64,000 nucleotides of DNA from Planktothrix sp. GU0601_MAG3 (GCA_035193785.1 CP136572.1:64001-128000); one strand, 5' to 3'; shown: positions 38,979-50,536, counted from the first letter of the stretch. Program-made: numbers and translations. Notes: generated by a model from the sequence alone, not told the origin.

Positions 38979-41079
38979 TTAACTAGATTGAGATAAAGAA
39001 TTTAGAGCTAAAGCTAGGGGAAAGACTTGACCACTTCCTCCTTGACGTAATAGCGCGGTAATGATAGTTAATGTCCATCGAGAATCTACAAAATCATCGA
39101 CTAAAAAAACAGCACCTTTTTGAATATTTTCCAGATCAATTTGAAATACACCATCTAAATTATGAGCTTGTTGATAACTATTACTCATCGTTTTTTGAGG
39201 TTGCGTCTGGCGAATTTTTTGGACTACTGGAAAAAAAGGTAAACCTAATTTTTGAGCTAATCTTTGAGCAAAATTCGGTACTAATTCAGAACGATTTAAG
39301 GAAGGAACACAAGTTACCCAAGTTGGCATCAGTTGGGGTTGCCATCGCTGAATCATTTCGATTACACCCTGAACTAAAACATCATCAAAATAACCGTTTT
39401 GATATTTTCCATTTTTAACCAGTTCTCCCCAACCTGCATCCCCCCAAAGAGATAAAGCGCGACCTATTTCCGCCCGTAAATCTAGTTTAATATTACCTGA
39501 AAAATCATAAATTTGTAAGGCTCCTTTTGACGGCCATTGTTTGCGAGGTTCAATAATTAAATCACATCGTTTTAAGTATTTAATAGCCTGATTAACTATT
39601 TCTAAACCAGCCGTTTCTGGGAATAACGGTTTACCTAAACAAACGGCACATTTTCCACAGGGTTGAGCATAGGGATCATCTAAGGCTTTTGATAAAAATT
39701 CCATTGAGCAAGATTGACTGTTCATATAATCTTGCATTTGAGCTTGTTCTTGTTTGCGAATTTGAGTTAATAGTTCTATTTTTTGGCTGTTAGATTGATA
39801 ATCAATTGCTGTCGCATACCACTTAGATTTTTGCTTAACAACTGGACTGGGAAATTCCAAGGAGAGTAATTTTAAAACCTTGTCAATTTGTCCTCTGGAT
39901 AAATTACAATATTGTTCCATTTCAGGAGTTGAAAAACCATTTTTAGATTGATTTAATGCCGCTAAAATTGATTGAGTATGGGCTTCTGGTGGAAAGGCTG
40001 TTTGAATAAAATAATTAGTTATATCATCATCTTCCTGACCACACAAAAGAATCCCATAAGCTTGTTCAACAGCCCTTCCTGCCCGTCCCACTTGTTGATA
40101 ATAATGCACAACAGAACCGGGTCTTTGATAATGAATTACAAACCCTAAATCGGGCTTATCGAAACCCATTCCTAAAGCAGTTGTTGCTACTAACGCTTTA
40201 ATTTCATTATTCAAAAGTTGATTTTCTAAAGGTTCCCTTCCTTCTTCTAATTTTCCGTGATAGGCTTTAGCATTAATTCCTTGCGTTTGTAACCATTCTG
40301 CCACTTGTTCTGCATCTCTAACCGTGAGGGTATAAATAATGCCACTTCCGGGTAAATTGGGTAAGGTTTCTGCCAACCAAGCCAAACGAGTAGCGGGGTT
40401 AGGAAGGTGAATATTTTGAAGTTTTAAACTATTCCGAGTTAAAGCTCCTCGGAAGATGTGTAAATTGTCTCCCAGTTGTGTTTTAATATCCTCAACTACT
40501 CGATTATTAGCAGTTGCAGTTGTAGCTAAAACGGGAATAGTTTTTGGGAGAGCTTGTAAAATTCTGACAATGCGACGATAATCGGGTCTAAAATCATGTC
40601 CCCAGTCGGAAATACAATGGGCTTCATCGACCACAAATAAACCAATTTTTTGAGAAATTGGAATTAAAACATTGTTTCTAAAGTCTTCATTTGCCAAGCG
40701 TTTCTGGAGAAATCAATAAAAGATCAATCTCTCCGGCTAATAGCTGATTCTGAATGGTATCCCATTGCTCTTGATTATCAGAATTAATGGTAGCCGCTTT
40801 CACCCCAATTCGTTCAGCCGCTACCATTTGATTTCGCATTAATGCTAATAGGGGAGAAATTAATAAAGTCGGGCCCGATCCTTGATCTCTTAGCAGCCGA
40901 GTTGCTAGAAAATAGACTAAACTTTTACCCCATCCTGTGCGTTGAACCACTAAAAGTTGAGAACGATTTTGGATTAAATCGGCGATCGCTTCCCATTGTC
41001 CATCTCTAAAATTAGCCGTAGGATTGTTGAGGGCTTTTCTGAGAAATAATAAAGCTTGATTTTGAAGAATTTCCGTCAT
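38979..41079 (-). CDS. RecQ-like helicase with C-terminal phosphoribosyltransferase domain (RqlH-like; apparent frameshift at ~40700)
   Basis: QRTGWGKS, VDEAHCISDWGHDFRPDY, QQVGRAGR, CGKCAVC zinc site and LVDDFVDSRWT PRPP-binding loop. Confidence 0.9.
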
Positions 41080-41123
41080 ATTTTTTACCTAAAAATGATT
41101 GCTAGAAACCCGGTTTATAATCG

Positions 41124-42534
41124 TTAAATTTGGGGATTTTCTGACAAACTCCCCAACGAAAGTGTATTATTTTGATCCAGATTATCCAAGTCATCTAAGA
41201 TGGCGACAATTTCCCGTTCAAATGTGACTTTAGCCCGATTAGTTTTCCCCCCAATATAAAGGCGATCGCCTTCTTTTAAGGCCCAAATTTGAGAATGGGA
41301 AACATAACTCATCATCACACTAATCATTAATAATCCAAACCCTAAATAAACAACTGGAATCCCCGGATCAGCTTTGATTTGTAATCCCGTACTCCCGATA
41401 ATTTCATCAATAAATACCGTCACCCCATCTACTTCCGTTGACATTCCCTGTCTAACCGTTGAAACTAATTCACCCTGGCCATTATAAACTAATACATTTC
41501 CTTTTAAATCCCTAGCTAAAACCGAAACCCCCGCACTAAAATCCGGTTTAATTGGAATCCAAGTTCCCCAAATTCTGCCCTTTCCTTGGGTGTCTAATTG
41601 TGCCATTGGTAAGCGAAATACGGGACTTTTATTGACTCGCACCCGTAAAGCAGCAATACCCCAATCTGCTTGATAAAAAGTCACACCTTGATAGTGCAAA
41701 GGTTCATTAACGTGAATCGTTTTGCGATCCACTTCTTCCCCCTGTTGATTTAATACTGACAAATCAGAATAAAATTGATCAATTCTGCCCTCGGGATCAT
41801 AATCAATCCAAAACCGATTAACTTTAACTGACCAATCTTTAGGAATTTGGGCTTGAGAAAATTGTCCAGCATCCAGGATATTTTTAACTTGAAAAATATT
41901 CCCCCCTGGAAACCATTTCTTGAGCCATAAATCCAGTAACAGAACCGATAATAGAACCTGCTAAAATAATTAACATACTAGCATGGACAATAATCGGCCC
42001 AATTCTGCCAATCAGTCCCCGTCTCGCATAGAGTTTATTACCTTCTTGAAATACTAAATAATTGCGTTTTTTTAATAAAGGTTCTAAAGCTGTTAATGAA
42101 CCTGTGGTTAATTCAGCACTTAAAGCGATATTTTGAAATTGTTTAGGTTTATCGTAATATGTCCAGCGACGGGCTGATTTTAAAGTAGGTAATTGTCGGG
42201 TAAAGGTGCAAGCGGTTAAGCTACTACCAAATAATACTAAAAGTGCTAAAAACCACCAAGTTCTATAAACATGATCAAGTCCAATAAAGACAAGAACTTT
42301 CCAGGTTAAAAAGCCAAATAAAGCCGGATGTTCAGGGTAATTAGATTGATAATACTCAAGGGATTGTCCCTGTTCTAGCAGTGTTCCTGAAATACTGAAA
42401 ATCGCAATAATTAATAACAATAAAATTGCCAGTCGTAAATCTGCCAAAAGGGGCAAAATCTCTTTTCTAATCATTCTTTGAATAGCTGTTTCTCCGGTGA
42501 TTATTTTTTGTAATAGTGAAAGTTCTATATCCAT
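41124..42534 (-). CDS. ccs1: Cytochrome c biogenesis protein Ccs1/CcsB (apparent frameshift at ~41909)
   Basis: [37 protein letters not shown] and KADPG motifs. Confidence 0.93.
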
Positions 42535-42555
42535 TTTTATTCCCCTTTAATTAAA

Positions 42556-43293
42556 TTAAGTAACAGGTAAAAATCTAAACACTAGCGAAAATACACCAAA
42601 TCCGACTAATAAAACTCCACTGGTGGGTGTAATCCAACTTGACCATTTTCGCAGTTCTAGTAACTTTTTAATTGTAGCGGTAAAGGTTCCGGCTAATACC
42701 AATGGTGCAACATAACCCACCGCATAGGCTAACAATAAAACTCCTCCTAAAATGACATCTCCTGTGGTTGAAACCCAGGCTAATAACGTTGCTAAAACGG
42801 GGGTACTACAGGGAGAAGCTACCAACCCAAAGGTTAACCCTAATAAATAGGATTTTAAGTGCTGAGGAACTGCTTTAGGTATCCAGCCAATGGTGTCAAA
42901 AGCGGGTAATTGTAGCGGTAGAGCTTCTAATAAATTTAACCCCATTAAAATCGCAATTAAACTTACAATAATCGGTAAACCCAAACCAATTTGACCATAA
43001 ACTTGTCCGACAAAAGATGCTATAATTCCTAATCCGGCTAAGGTGGTAGCTAGTCCCAATGCAAACCAGATTGATTGAATTGCAGCCTGGAGTCGATTTT
43101 CAGTTTCATAACCACCAATATAACCAATGGTAATCGGTAACATGGACAGCATACAGGGAGTTAAACTGGTTAATAAACCCGCAAAAAAAATAACGCCAAT
43201 ACTCACAAAACTTAGGTGATTTAGTTGAGTTTGAACTAGATTATTTGCCAGTTGTGCCAGTTCATACAATTTAATTTGTAGAGTTTCCAGCAT
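42556..43293 (-). CDS. ccdA: Cytochrome c biogenesis thiol-disulfide transporter CcdA
   Basis: LTSLTPCMLSMLP and ASPCSTPVL motifs. Confidence 0.93.
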   Translation of the reverse strand: MLETLQIKLYELAQLANNLVQTQLNHLSFVSIGVIFFAGLLTSLTPCMLSMLPITIGYIGGYETENRLQAAIQSIWFALGLATTLAGLGIIASFVGQVYGQIGLGLPIIVSLIAILMGLNLLEALPLQLPAFDTIGWIPKAVPQHLKSYLLGLTFGLVASPCSTPVLATLLAWVSTTGDVILGGVLLLAYAVGYVAPLVLAGTFTATIKKLLELRKWSSWITPTSGVLLVGFGVFSLVFRFLPVT

Positions 43294-43351
43294 GAAATTA
43301 AATCAACGGTTTGTTTCCTTTGATATTATAACCTATTTTGACCTTTAATGA

Positions 43352-44035
43352 TTATTCATGAATTGAACCATCTGGCATAACTGCACCTTGTAATATCACA
43401 GTTTCTAAGTGAACTCCTTCCAGATTTGCTCCTTGTAAATTGGCACTACTAAAATTAGTAAATTGAGTAGCATCTCGAAACAATAAACTATTGACATCGG
43501 CAAAACTCAAGTTACTATTTTCTAAATTAGCATATTGTAAATTTGTTCCCCGTAAACTGGCATGGGTCAAGTTAGCTTGACTCAGATTTGTCCCCCATAA
43601 TCTCGCGCCTAATAATTTAGCTTTTTCCAAATTAGCATAGCTGAGATTAGCCAAGGTTAAATTCGCTTCTAATAGGCTTGACTGGGTTAAATTAGCTTCA
43701 GATAATTTGGCTTTGTTCAGATTTGCCCCTAATAGATTAGTATGTTCTAAATTAGCCTGTCTTAAATCTGCCCCTGATAAGTTGGCATATTTTAAGTTAG
43801 CTCCTCTCAAATTAGCTTGTTTTAAATTAGCTCCTGATAGGTTAGTATTTGACAAATCTAATCCTTGTAAATTTGCCCCTTCTAAATTACAATATTTCCA
43901 AAGAAATGAATGACAATCTTTGGTTTCTAGTAATTGTTGAATCGGTTTTAAATTGGTCGCATTAGCAGGCAATATCCCGCCCACCATTAAACTTAAAATC
44001 AACCCAACTTTAATCAAGAAAGCAATTCCTTTCAT
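43352..44035 (-). CDS. Exported pentapeptide-repeat protein
   Basis: Signal peptide (..LPANA), QLLETKDC, tandem A(N/D)Lxx repeats. Confidence 0.9.
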   Translation of the reverse strand: MKGIAFLIKVGLILSLMVGGILPANATNLKPIQQLLETKDCHSFLWKYCNLEGANLQGLDLSNTNLSGANLKQANLRGANLKYANLSGADLRQANLEHTNLLGANLNKAKLSEANLTQSSLLEANLTLANLSYANLEKAKLLGARLWGTNLSQANLTHASLRGTNLQYANLENSNLSFADVNSLLFRDATQFTNFSSANLQGANLEGVHLETVILQGAVMPDGSIHE

Positions 44036-44285
44036 GGCATAACTCAGATCTTGATGGCAATTCAACAAATTATAGTTTATCTCAAAATTGCCTCCTAGAT
44101 GGTTAAACCGGTTTAGGGACACTGCCAATTGCAGGAGAGGTCAGTCGTCTGGCAAAAAAAAGATGTCGGGTACTGGGTCAGATGATATCTATAGTTTATA
44201 TTAAAAATCACATCATTTTCTTGACTTATATTGAATTTTGTATCAAATTAGAAGATAGGATTGTGGCTATACAGAGGACAGTAAA

Positions 44286-44792
44286 ATGCCGACGATTAAT
44301 TCGACCTGGGATGACTTAATTCTCCAATGTGACGGACGATATTTGACCAATGCAGAACTTAAGCCTCTGCATCAGTACGTTCAAACCTTAAATGCTCGTA
44401 CCAAAACCTATGAAGTTCTACGGGTAAAATCGGCAGGTTTAATCAAACAAACCCTGAAAAAATTCATGTTCTCCCATCCAGAAGTCATGCAAAAGCATTC
44501 AAAACGCTGTGTGTATGATATGTCAATGACGATGTGTTTGATGTCCGTGGCTTTGTTACGCGATGACCCGCACTTTTTTAAGGAATCCCTAATGTTATGG
44601 TTAGCTAATATTTTGGCAGCCCACGAAAAAAACACCCAATGTCTACAAGCCTATACCTATCTTCAAGAAACCTTGCAAGAACAATTGCCCAGTGTCTGTA
44701 ATCAATTATTAAAGCCCTATATGGACATCATTTTAGAAGTTTTAGATACCCCGCCAAAACTATTAGCCAATGTCCAAAGAAGTGGGGTTTAA
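44286..44792 (+). CDS. Atypical phycobiliprotein-like (globin-fold) protein
   Basis: CDGRYLTNAEL resembles the (A)EGRYLS..EL start of allophycocyanin; KRCVYDM aligns with the AC.RD chromophore site. Confidence 0.75.
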   Translation: MPTINSTWDDLILQCDGRYLTNAELKPLHQYVQTLNARTKTYEVLRVKSAGLIKQTLKKFMFSHPEVMQKHSKRCVYDMSMTMCLMSVALLRDDPHFFKESLMLWLANILAAHEKNTQCLQAYTYLQETLQEQLPSVCNQLLKPYMDIILEVLDTPPKLLANVQRSGV

Positions 44793-44910
44793 TCCAGATT
44801 TTTTCATAGAACATAATATCGGGGTGTTATTTGATTTCAAGCTACTGAACATTTCATCGCCAACCACTCCAACTTAACTTTGAGTATTGATGCACACAGG
44901 AGTTTAATTT

Positions 44911-45708
44911 ATGTCCCTAACTCAACCGGTTACAACTCACCATGACGCTTCCCCCGAAGAACGAGGGTTTGTTTTAAAACAAATTTATCAGCAAGTAATA
45001 GAACGTCAACTTTATGAGTTTGAACATAAGCAACTTGCGGATTTAGAAAAAGATTTTATCAAGGGAAAAATCGGGATTCGACATTTTTTAAAAAGTCTGG
45101 CGGTTCGTTCTGTCTATTTAGAGAATTTTCACGAGAATAGCTCTAATATGAAATTCATTGAAAATGCTTGTAAACATTTTTTGGGACGAGCACCGAGAAA
45201 TAATGAAGAAATTCAGAAATGGGATGATATTTTAGTTCGCCGTGGTGTTGGTGTACTGGTTTCAGAGATGGTAGACTCCGAGGAATATCGCAAATCCTTT
45301 GGTTATTTTACCGTTCCCTATTGGCATGAACACCGTTATGAATCCGCGAGTGAATATATTGAAAATGAACGTTTAGGCCATGAACACCCAGGGCAAAGAG
45401 GCTGGGCAATTCCTAACCATTATCAACATGAATTACACATTGATTGTGATGGGGGAACCTGTGTAAGAGAGGAGGATAAATTAGCTGTTCAACCTGCACA
45501 AACTACCCCAGAAGTATTGGAATTAAGTGCGGAGACAAAGATTATACCCAGACATATTCAACGGCTATCAGCTTGTGTTAAAGAAATTACAGATATTCTC
45601 TCCCTGTATCCCCAACCTGTGAGTCAAAAAGAGATCGAAACTGACCTTCAACAAAAAGTGTTAGAGTATGTCAGTGCTGGTAATGCCAGTTTACTATTTA
45701 AAAATTAA
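44911..45708 (+). CDS. Phycobilisome linker-domain protein with unique C-terminus
   Basis: IYQQVIER, KHFLGRAP and DSEEY...FG..TVPY linker motifs. Confidence 0.85.
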   Translation: MSLTQPVTTHHDASPEERGFVLKQIYQQVIERQLYEFEHKQLADLEKDFIKGKIGIRHFLKSLAVRSVYLENFHENSSNMKFIENACKHFLGRAPRNNEEIQKWDDILVRRGVGVLVSEMVDSEEYRKSFGYFTVPYWHEHRYESASEYIENERLGHEHPGQRGWAIPNHYQHELHIDCDGGTCVREEDKLAVQPAQTTPEVLELSAETKIIPRHIQRLSACVKEITDILSLYPQPVSQKEIETDLQQKVLEYVSAGNASLLFKN

Positions 45709-45752
45709 AACCCGGGTGGGTAGCCCCCACCTTTGATTTTTATATAGCAATA

Positions 45753-45811
45753 TATAGCAAGAGGGAATAGGGAATAGGGAATAGGCAATGGGCAATAGGT
45801 AAATACTTACT
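45753..45811. repeat. TATAGCAAGAG-headed STRR element (GGGAATA/GGCAATG)
   Basis: Shares head and downstream TAAATACTTACT with the element at 56471. Confidence 0.6.
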
Positions 45812-45844
45812 AAATCAAGTAAAAATTGATTTAAGTTTAATATT

Positions 45845-46207
45845 ATGCTAATTAATCAATATCTCCATGCGGCAATTTTAGTGTCGGATTTAGAAAAATC
45901 AGAACATTTTTATAGTCAAGTTTTGGGCTTAAAAAAAGTTGAACGTCCGTTAAATTTTCCCGGAATTTGGTATCAAATTGGGGAGTTTCAAATCCATTTA
46001 ATTCAAGCTGAAACTGTTATTAAGGATCAAGTTGATTCTCAAAAATGGGGAAGAAATCGACACTTGGCTTTTTCTGTTGATAATTTAGAAGAAGCCAAAC
46101 AACAACTGATGGTTAATCATTGTTCAATTCAAATGAGTGCTTCCGGTCGGGCTGCATTGTTTACAAAAGACCCCGACGGCAATATTATTGAATTAAATGA
46201 ACCATGA
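45845..46207 (+). CDS. VOC/glyoxalase family protein
   Basis: HAAILVSDL..S..FY..VLG, HLAF and DPDGNIIEL motifs. Confidence 0.9.
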   Translation: MLINQYLHAAILVSDLEKSEHFYSQVLGLKKVERPLNFPGIWYQIGEFQIHLIQAETVIKDQVDSQKWGRNRHLAFSVDNLEEAKQQLMVNHCSIQMSASGRAALFTKDPDGNIIELNEP

Positions 46208-47500
46208 AAATTATTGCCTATTCTTATACCGATCCCTTGTTTGAACAGCCTCCTGATCGAATGATTTGGGGATGGGAAGTAGATCGGGTATATCAAGATT
46301 TAGGGGGAAGACAGGAAACTCGCAGACCTGTTAAAAGATTGTAATTTAGAAGCACCGGATTATTTATTAATTCGACGGTTAGAGGAGTTGGGAAATTCGG
46401 TTTTAGAGGTGGGCGATCGCTTACAACAGTTGGAATCCTTCCAGATTAATATTATTGCCATTGAGTCGGATTTTAATACCTCCGTGGGCAAAATTAATCG
46501 CTCTGATTTAATCGAATTATTTCTGGAAATTCAAAATCGCCAACGCAGTCGTCGCATTTGTCACGGACACGCTAAAAATAGAATTAAAGCCTTACCTCCC
46601 CCGGGAAAAGCTCCCTATGGATATCGACGGGGAAAAGAACGTTATATCTTAGATCGGAGTGTTTCACCGATTGTTAAAGAGTTTTTTGATCGGTTTTTAA
46701 TTTATGGATCTTTGCGGGGTGCGGTGCGGTATTTAGAAAAACGTTATGGGAAAAAAATATCTGTAACAACGGGCAGAAGATGGTTAACAAATCCCGTTTA
46801 TCGAGGAGATTTAGCATATAAAAATGGGGAAATTATTTCTAATACCCATATTGCAATTATTTCCCGGGATGAAGCCGCCCAGGTAGATCGATTATTACGG
46901 CGAAATCAACAACTTCCTCCTCGGACAGCCAGTGCGCCACGTTCTTTGGCGGGGTTGGTTATCTGTGGAGAATGTCAATCTTTAATGACCGTTGCACGGG
47001 TCACCACCTATCGCCAAGAAAGGGAATATTTATATTTACGTCCGATAAATTGTCCGAGAAATTTTAAGTGTAAAGCATTATCTTATGAAAGGGGATTAGA
47101 GTTAACAATTGAACGTATTTGTCAAGATTTACCCCAGGCGGTGGCGGGTTTAAATTTACCGGATTTGGAGAGTATCAAACGGTTTATTATGGAGGAGATT
47201 CATCAAAAACAAGAGATTTTATTACAAATTCCAGATTTATTAACTTCTGGGATATTAGATTTAGAAACAGCAGATTTAAGAAGTTATAAACTGCGAGTAG
47301 AAATTTCTCAGTTACAAGGAAAGTTGGCTGAACTTCCCCCGGTTAATTTAAAAGAAACGGCGCGGGCGGTATGTATTCCGCAGTTTTGGTTAGATTTATC
47401 TGAAACGGAAAGAAGGTTTTATTTTAGAGAATTTATTAAAACAATTGAAATTATTAGAGATGGGGATAATTGGGAATTAAAAGTAATTTTTATTTTTTAA
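46204..47500 (+). CDS. Large serine recombinase-family protein with degenerate catalytic domain (apparent frameshift at ~46315)
   Basis: ATG overlaps the VOC stop. GKAPYGY, WLTNPVYRG, HIAIIS and LAGLVICGEC zinc-ribbon motifs. Confidence 0.85.
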
Positions 47501-48526
47501 TTAGACTTTAACACAATATTTATTTCTTCCTTTTTCTTTGGCTTCATAAAGTGCTTGGTCGGTAATTTCTAATAAATGTTCAGCCGATGTATCCGGTCGG
47601 GGAATTTGACAGGATATACCAATACTGACGGTAACAACAGAATTAACCATTGAATAGTTATGATCAATTCTTAGTTTTTGAACTTCCTCCTGGATGTTTT
47701 GAGCCACTTTCAGCGCTCCTTGTAAATCCGTATTTGGTAGAATAATTGCAAATTCTTCTCCACCATAACGGGCAACTAAATCCTGGGTATTACTCACTGA
47801 TCTATCAAGGGCTTGGGCTACTAATTTTAGACAAATATCTCCGGCGGGATGTCCATAATTATCATTATAATTTTTAAAAAAATCTAAATCACATAACAGT
47901 AGAGAAAGAGGTTGTTGTTCCTCAAGCATTTGTTTCCAAGTGTCAGCAAAATATTCATCAAAATGACGACGGTTAGCGAGGGTTGTTAAACTATCATAGG
48001 ACGCTAAATTTTGTAATTGACGATTAACTGTTTGTAAATTTTCTTCCGCTTGTTGACGAATTTGAACTTCTTTTTCTAATTGGCTATTTTGTTGTAACAG
48101 TTTTTGATGTTGTTCCATAAGTTTCTTTTTTAAGTCACAAATAGTCAACTGATTTTTGACCCTAGCCAAAACCTCATCCACTTTAAAAGGTTTGGTAATA
48201 TAATCCACCCCTCCCGCAGAAAAAGCCTGCATAATATCCTCAATCTGATTCAGTGCACTAATAAAAATCACCGGGATATCATAGGTTTCTAAATTTGATT
48301 TTAGCTGACGACATAACTCATACCCATTGATACCCGGCATCCGAATATCTAATAAAATTAAATCCGGTTTTAGACTCTCAATGGCTATCAGTGCCATGGA
48401 CGCATTCAGAGCTTTACGAACATAATAGCCCTGTTGATTTAACAAGGCAGATAAAACTCGAATATTATCGGGTTCATCATCCACAATCAGCAAATTGTTA
48501 TGAGAACCAATATTATCTTGATTCAT
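47501..48526 (-). CDS. Response-regulator diguanylate cyclase (REC-GGDEF)
   Basis: LIVDD, LLDIRMP and RYGGEEF motifs. Confidence 0.93.
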   Translation of the reverse strand: MNQDNIGSHNNLLIVDDEPDNIRVLSALLNQQGYYVRKALNASMALIAIESLKPDLILLDIRMPGINGYELCRQLKSNLETYDIPVIFISALNQIEDIMQAFSAGGVDYITKPFKVDEVLARVKNQLTICDLKKKLMEQHQKLLQQNSQLEKEVQIRQQAEENLQTVNRQLQNLASYDSLTTLANRRHFDEYFADTWKQMLEEQQPLSLLLCDLDFFKNYNDNYGHPAGDICLKLVAQALDRSVSNTQDLVARYGGEEFAIILPNTDLQGALKVAQNIQEEVQKLRIDHNYSMVNSVVTVSIGISCQIPRPDTSAEHLLEITDQALYEAKEKGRNKYCVKV

Positions 48527-48529
48527 GGT

Positions 48530-50326
48530 TTACCACTGGGGAGTTGAGGACAAAAACTTAATCAATTGTTCTCCGGGTAGAGGTTTGGCAAAGAAATATC
48601 CCTGACCAAATCCACAGTCTAATTCCCTGAGTATTTCCAATTGATTAACTAATTCAATGCCTTCAGCCACGACATTCATATTCATGGTTTTAGCTAAACT
48701 AATAATCACGGGAATTAAGCCGATATTTTCCGATTCTAGGTTCAGTCTTTGGACGAAGGATTTATCGATTTTTAGGGTATCAACGGGAAAAGAATGCAGA
48801 TAACTCAGGGAGGAATAACCCGTACCAAAATCATCAATACTAATTAAAATACGACGTTTTCTGAGTTCTTTGAGAATAGTAGTAACGTGCTTATGATTGT
48901 CCATAATTGCACTTTCAGTAATTTCTAGTTTTAAACAGTCGGGAGAAAGTTGACTATCCTCTAAAACTTGATCAATTTGTTCTAATAAATTCGGTTGAGC
49001 AAACTGTTTTACGGATAAATTAACACTGACAAATAAATTCGGGTCTATTAAATCTTGTTTTTGCCAAGTCCGCAGTTGATGACAAGATTCTGATAAAACC
49101 CAATAGCCAATAGCAGTAATTAAACCGGTTTCTTCAGCAATGGGAATAAATAGATTAGGTGCCACTAACCCCCGTTTGGGATGCAGCCATCTAACTAATG
49201 CTTCAAACCCGGCAATTTTGCCTGTATTTAAAGAGATAATTGGTTGATAATGAACAACTAATTCCTCTTGTTCAATACCTCGACGCAAATCCGTTTCTAA
49301 CTGTAATCTTTGTAAGGCTGCGGTGTGCATTGCCGGATTAAACAGATGATATTGTCCTTTGCCTAGGGCTTTTGCTCGGTACATCGCCGTATCTGCGTCT
49401 CGGAGTAAATGTTCCGGTTCGTTATATTCACAATTCCCGATGACAATACCAATACTTGCATTAATAAAAATCTCGTGTCGTTCTAGGTTAAAGGGTTGAG
49501 AAAAACACTGTAAAATCTGATCTGCTAGTGTATTTACATCATGAAAGTTGGGAATTTCTGTTAATAAAATTGCGAATTCATCGCCCCCCAAACGAGCTAA
49601 TGTATTTTGGGGTTTCACATAACAGCTAAGACGATGAGCAATTAAAATTAAGAGTTCATCCCCGACTATATGACCCAGGGAATCATTCACTACTTTAAAG
49701 CGATCGCAATCTAAAAATAACACCGCAAACTGATAGTTTGGCTCGGCTTTCGCTAGATGAATGGAGCGGCGTAAATCCGTCATCAATAAAGCTCGATTGG
49801 GTAAACCCGTCAAGGAATCATGCAGTGCCATTTCTAATAGTTGGGTGTTGGCTGCTTCTAGTTCCTGAGTCCGTTGCTTAACCCGGGCTTCTAATTCCGC
49901 ATTCAAGATCCGAATCTCTAATTCTGCGGCTCTTAAAGCCAATTGATTTTGAACTCGGATTAAGACTTCTTCAAACTGAAAGGGTTTGGTAATATAGTCT
50001 ACCCCCCCGACTTGAAAGCCTTTAACCTTATCGAGAACATCATCTAATGCACTCAAAAAAATAATCGGAATGGTGGAGGTGTTAGCATCCGCTTTTAAGT
50101 GTTGGCAAACCTCATAACCATCCATCTCCGGCATCATAATATCTAGGAGAATTAAGTCGGGAGCAACGGTTTTAGCCGCCGTTAATGCCATCGGCCCACT
50201 CAAGGCTTTACGCACATTGTATCCCTGACGAGTCAACATTCGGGACAATAAATGCAGGTTATCCGGGGTGTCATCAACGATGAGAATATCTTCCGTCTTT
50301 GTGGGATCAAGGTTATAGTGATTCAT
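48530..50326 (-). CDS. REC-GGDEF-EAL protein
   Basis: LIVDD, RLGGDEF, FEALVRW and IDDFGTGYSSL motifs. Confidence 0.95.
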   Translation of the reverse strand: MNHYNLDPTKTEDILIVDDTPDNLHLLSRMLTRQGYNVRKALSGPMALTAAKTVAPDLILLDIMMPEMDGYEVCQHLKADANTSTIPIIFLSALDDVLDKVKGFQVGGVDYITKPFQFEEVLIRVQNQLALRAAELEIRILNAELEARVKQRTQELEAANTQLLEMALHDSLTGLPNRALLMTDLRRSIHLAKAEPNYQFAVLFLDCDRFKVVNDSLGHIVGDELLILIAHRLSCYVKPQNTLARLGGDEFAILLTEIPNFHDVNTLADQILQCFSQPFNLERHEIFINASIGIVIGNCEYNEPEHLLRDADTAMYRAKALGKGQYHLFNPAMHTAALQRLQLETDLRRGIEQEELVVHYQPIISLNTGKIAGFEALVRWLHPKRGLVAPNLFIPIAEETGLITAIGYWVLSESCHQLRTWQKQDLIDPNLFVSVNLSVKQFAQPNLLEQIDQVLEDSQLSPDCLKLEITESAIMDNHKHVTTILKELRKRRILISIDDFGTGYSSLSYLHSFPVDTLKIDKSFVQRLNLESENIGLIPVIISLAKTMNMNVVAEGIELVNQLEILRELDCGFGQGYFFAKPLPGEQLIKFLSSTPQW

Positions 50327-50536
50327 TTGGCAATCAGATAAGATGGGGAATGGATTTAGGGCACAGCTAAATTACTACAGGCGGCGAATCAAGACCCATG
50401 TTGATTGTTCTTGCTAGTATGGGGTGGAGTTTTTCTGGTAGCGACGGTATCAGGTATCGTTTTTGATCATCCTTCATATCAAAACATAATTTGCGATCAT
50501 AACATTTTATTGCTATTTAACTCAAGCCCGTTGAGT

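Noticed and set aside
46204..47500. Integrative element or XisF-like excision element
   Set aside because: No att repeats, interrupted gene or cargo are visible, and the catalytic motif is absent.
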